DNA of 64,000 nt. Source: an uncultured bacterium (GTDB lineage Bacteria > Babelota > Babeliae > Babelales > Babelaceae). The stretch spans positions 128,001-192,000 of the forward strand of contig CAVRKK010000001.1 in assembly GCA_963722385.1 (NCBI GenBank), read 5' to 3'. A program made the position numbers and the translations under genes. Shown here piece after piece: positions 62,141 through 64,000 of the stretch (position 1 is the first letter of the stretch; every line of letters starts with the position of its first letter). The notes beneath the pieces are model-generated. The model was not told the origin of the DNA. It saw only the letters and a program-made list of their open reading frames with translations, and searched no databases.

Positions 62141-64000
62141 ATGATAAATAAGATTAAATTAACAATTTTGTTATTTATTATATTATTTTCCCTCCAAGAA
62201 ACCTGTGCATTCAATGTAACGCAGCATAAAGAGTATGAGGTATGGAAAGAGCAACAGCGTAAATCTTGGGGGGCAAAATCAACGCTTCCTGAGCAATTAG
62301 CAGCGCTTGCCAATTCGGCGAATAATGCACTTGGTCAGGCAAGGATTGAGCTCGAACCCCAAAATGCCATTTACCCCTATAATTTCTTACGGGAGCTTTT
62401 AGGGCTGCCTTTGGTTTCATCGTTAGCAGACATAGATAAGCTGTGGCTCGAGCAGATCCTGCCAGAGGTTGAACTTTTTACCGTTATTGAAGAACGGGAG
62501 TGGTTGCTACCTACTGAAGCTCAAAAAGAACTAGTATTTGAGGCTTCCCGCCTTCTTAATCTGCAGCAAGAGATTGTGGCTCTCAATTTCGGGGCTCTTG
62601 GCGGAGAAGCTATAACGAAAGGCGAAAGACGATACTTGGCGCTTTGTCAAACGCCCGACCTGGATATTCGATTAGCAATTTTATATCATGAATTAGGACA
62701 TATCGTTCATCACGATATAGAAACTGCGCGTGACGTCATGTCTCACAAGCAAGATCCAATAGCGGTTGTTAATGCCCCAGATTTTAAATCAGATCTTGAA
62801 GAAATTAAAAGCTGTTTTGAGCTTGGCTTGACCACCCTCACTTTGTTAAAAAATACTAAAATTGGCAACAGCCTAACCCAAGCTCTGACTACCCCAAAGG
62901 CTCAAGAAGTTCTTAAAGAATATGGCGTGCTTTGGATTCCCCCTGAAAATCAACAAGAGAAAGACGAACTGATATATTTAAGGGGTATTGAGCAAAGAGC
63001 TGACCTTTTCTCACTCAAGCAACTTCTAAAATTGAAGAATACGAGCTCAATTTTAGCTGGCATATATACCATGGGTCTTCGCGAAAAAATAATTTTGAAC
63101 GAAATTGTTACTGAAGGTACCAAGGAAAAGCATCCCTCTTTGGTTGAACGGTCAATTTATATGATAGGCTTCTTGGCAAAGCAAGGCTTTAACGTGGTAC
63201 ACCTCTTTGAAGCATGGGAAAAGGAGGGGATTTGTCTCGTGGAAAACCAAGCAACCGGCTATGCGAAACTTTTTTCTCCAGCTTGGGACTCTACAACAAA
63301 CTCAGTAATAAAAAAGGCTTATGAGGCCTGGAAAGAAAAAAAATTCCAAGAAGACTATAGTTTATGGAAGCAAAAAAAACAAGAATATTGGCAAAAAATG
63401 GCCCTAACTCCTCTAGCGCGGCAAATAGAGCTGCTCAGAGACTGGAACAAGCATTTGACCAATCTTGAAGAAAATCCGAGTAGCAAGAGTGAACAAAGCA
63501 AGCTGCTTTTTACTTACAATTACTTAAGAGAGATGACACATCTCCCTCTTGTTTCGTTTTGGAAAAACATGAACCTATCTTGGATTCAAGAAAAAAAATA
63601 TCAGATCTCGAAAGATAAATTGCAAGCAAATTGGGAAGGTCAAAAATTAACGCCTTTAGGTCAAAAAGCTGATCTTATATTTCTCCTTACGTATCGCCTC
63701 GACACTCTCAAAGAACATCCTGATAACGAGCAGCTTCAAAAGGAAGCGCTTTTTAATTACAATTTCTTGAGAGAAATGACGCGGCAGCCACGCGTTTCTG
63801 ATTGGAAAAGCATCAATTCCTCGTGGGTTGAACAAGAAGATTATAAGGTTTGGAAAGAGCAAAAACAAGAAATACTGAAGGAGCAGAATCTGACATTGAA
63901 AGAACAAAAAGTTGATATTGTGCGTAATATCAATCGTTTAGTGGAGCAAGAGGTGACGGATCCCTATAACCGAAGAGAACTTATTTTTAGTTATAATTAT
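62141..64000 (+). CDS. secreted HExxH (M48-like) protein, copy C, partial at the window end
   Basis: Open from ATG 62141 (MINKIKLTILLF..) to the edge; YHELGH, IEQRADLF, KHPSLVER; at least 4 YN(F/Y)LRE-type repeats, the last cut by the edge; absent from the ORF track because it has no stop. Confidence 0.85.
   Translation, partial: MINKIKLTILLFIILFSLQETCAFNVTQHKEYEVWKEQQRKSWGAKSTLPEQLAALANSANNALGQARIELEPQNAIYPYNFLRELLGLPLVSSLADIDKLWLEQILPEVELFTVIEEREWLLPTEAQKELVFEASRLLNLQQEIVALNFGALGGEAITKGERRYLALCQTPDLDIRLAILYHELGHIVHHDIETARDVMSHKQDPIAVVNAPDFKSDLEEIKSCFELGLTTLTLLKNTKIGNSLTQALTTPKAQEVLKEYGVLWIPPENQQEKDELIYLRGIEQRADLFSLKQLLKLKNTSSILAGIYTMGLREKIILNEIVTEGTKEKHPSLVERSIYMIGFLAKQGFNVVHLFEAWEKEGICLVENQATGYAKLFSPAWDSTTNSVIKKAYEAWKEKKFQEDYSLWKQKKQEYWQKMALTPLARQIELLRDWNKHLTNLEENPSSKSEQSKLLFTYNYLREMTHLPLVSFWKNMNLSWIQEKKYQISKDKLQANWEGQKLTPLGQKADLIFLLTYRLDTLKEHPDNEQLQKEALFNYNFLREMTRQPRVSDWKSINSSWVEQEDYKVWKEQKQEILKEQNLTLKEQKVDIVRNINRLVEQEVTDPYNRRELIFSYNY

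Noticed and set aside
58191..64000. Diversity-generating retroelement behind the variable HExxH cores
   Set aside because: No reverse transcriptase in the window, and the differences are not adenine-specific

Overview
AT-rich bacterial accessory region with many signal-peptide-bearing ankyrin and other host-interaction-type genes, AAA/DUF4143 and AAA/PD-(D/E)XK ATPases, and many gene remnants. This gene content is typical of a protist-infecting intracellular bacterium, most like Candidatus Dependentiae (TM6/Babelota); the taxonomy is inferred, not shown. Recognisable genes: a Bcr/CflA MFS transporter, an archease-rtcB pair, IS256 (with terminal repeats and a 9-bp target duplication), a decayed IS5, a decayed plasmid-type parA plus RHH-like partner with two 9-bp-periodic centromere-like arrays, HdeD, MauE/DoxX, a CVNH-like lectin and a COLGALT/PLOD-like glycosyltransferase. 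The most notable signals are four. (1) A ~370-400 bp non-coding multi-hairpin element occurs twice in inverted orientation and shows compensatory base changes. (2) Ankyrin-type secreted proteins share a Met-Glu/Gln/Asn immediately after the signal peptide, and several end in an F-box-like LPxE motif. (3) A tandemly amplified secreted HExxH (M48-like) family has conserved helical repeats, variable catalytic cores and dispersed C-terminal remnants. (4) Beta-propeller and Cys-rich proteins carry eukaryote-like anchors or repeats. All calls come from reading motifs by eye; no database searches were run.
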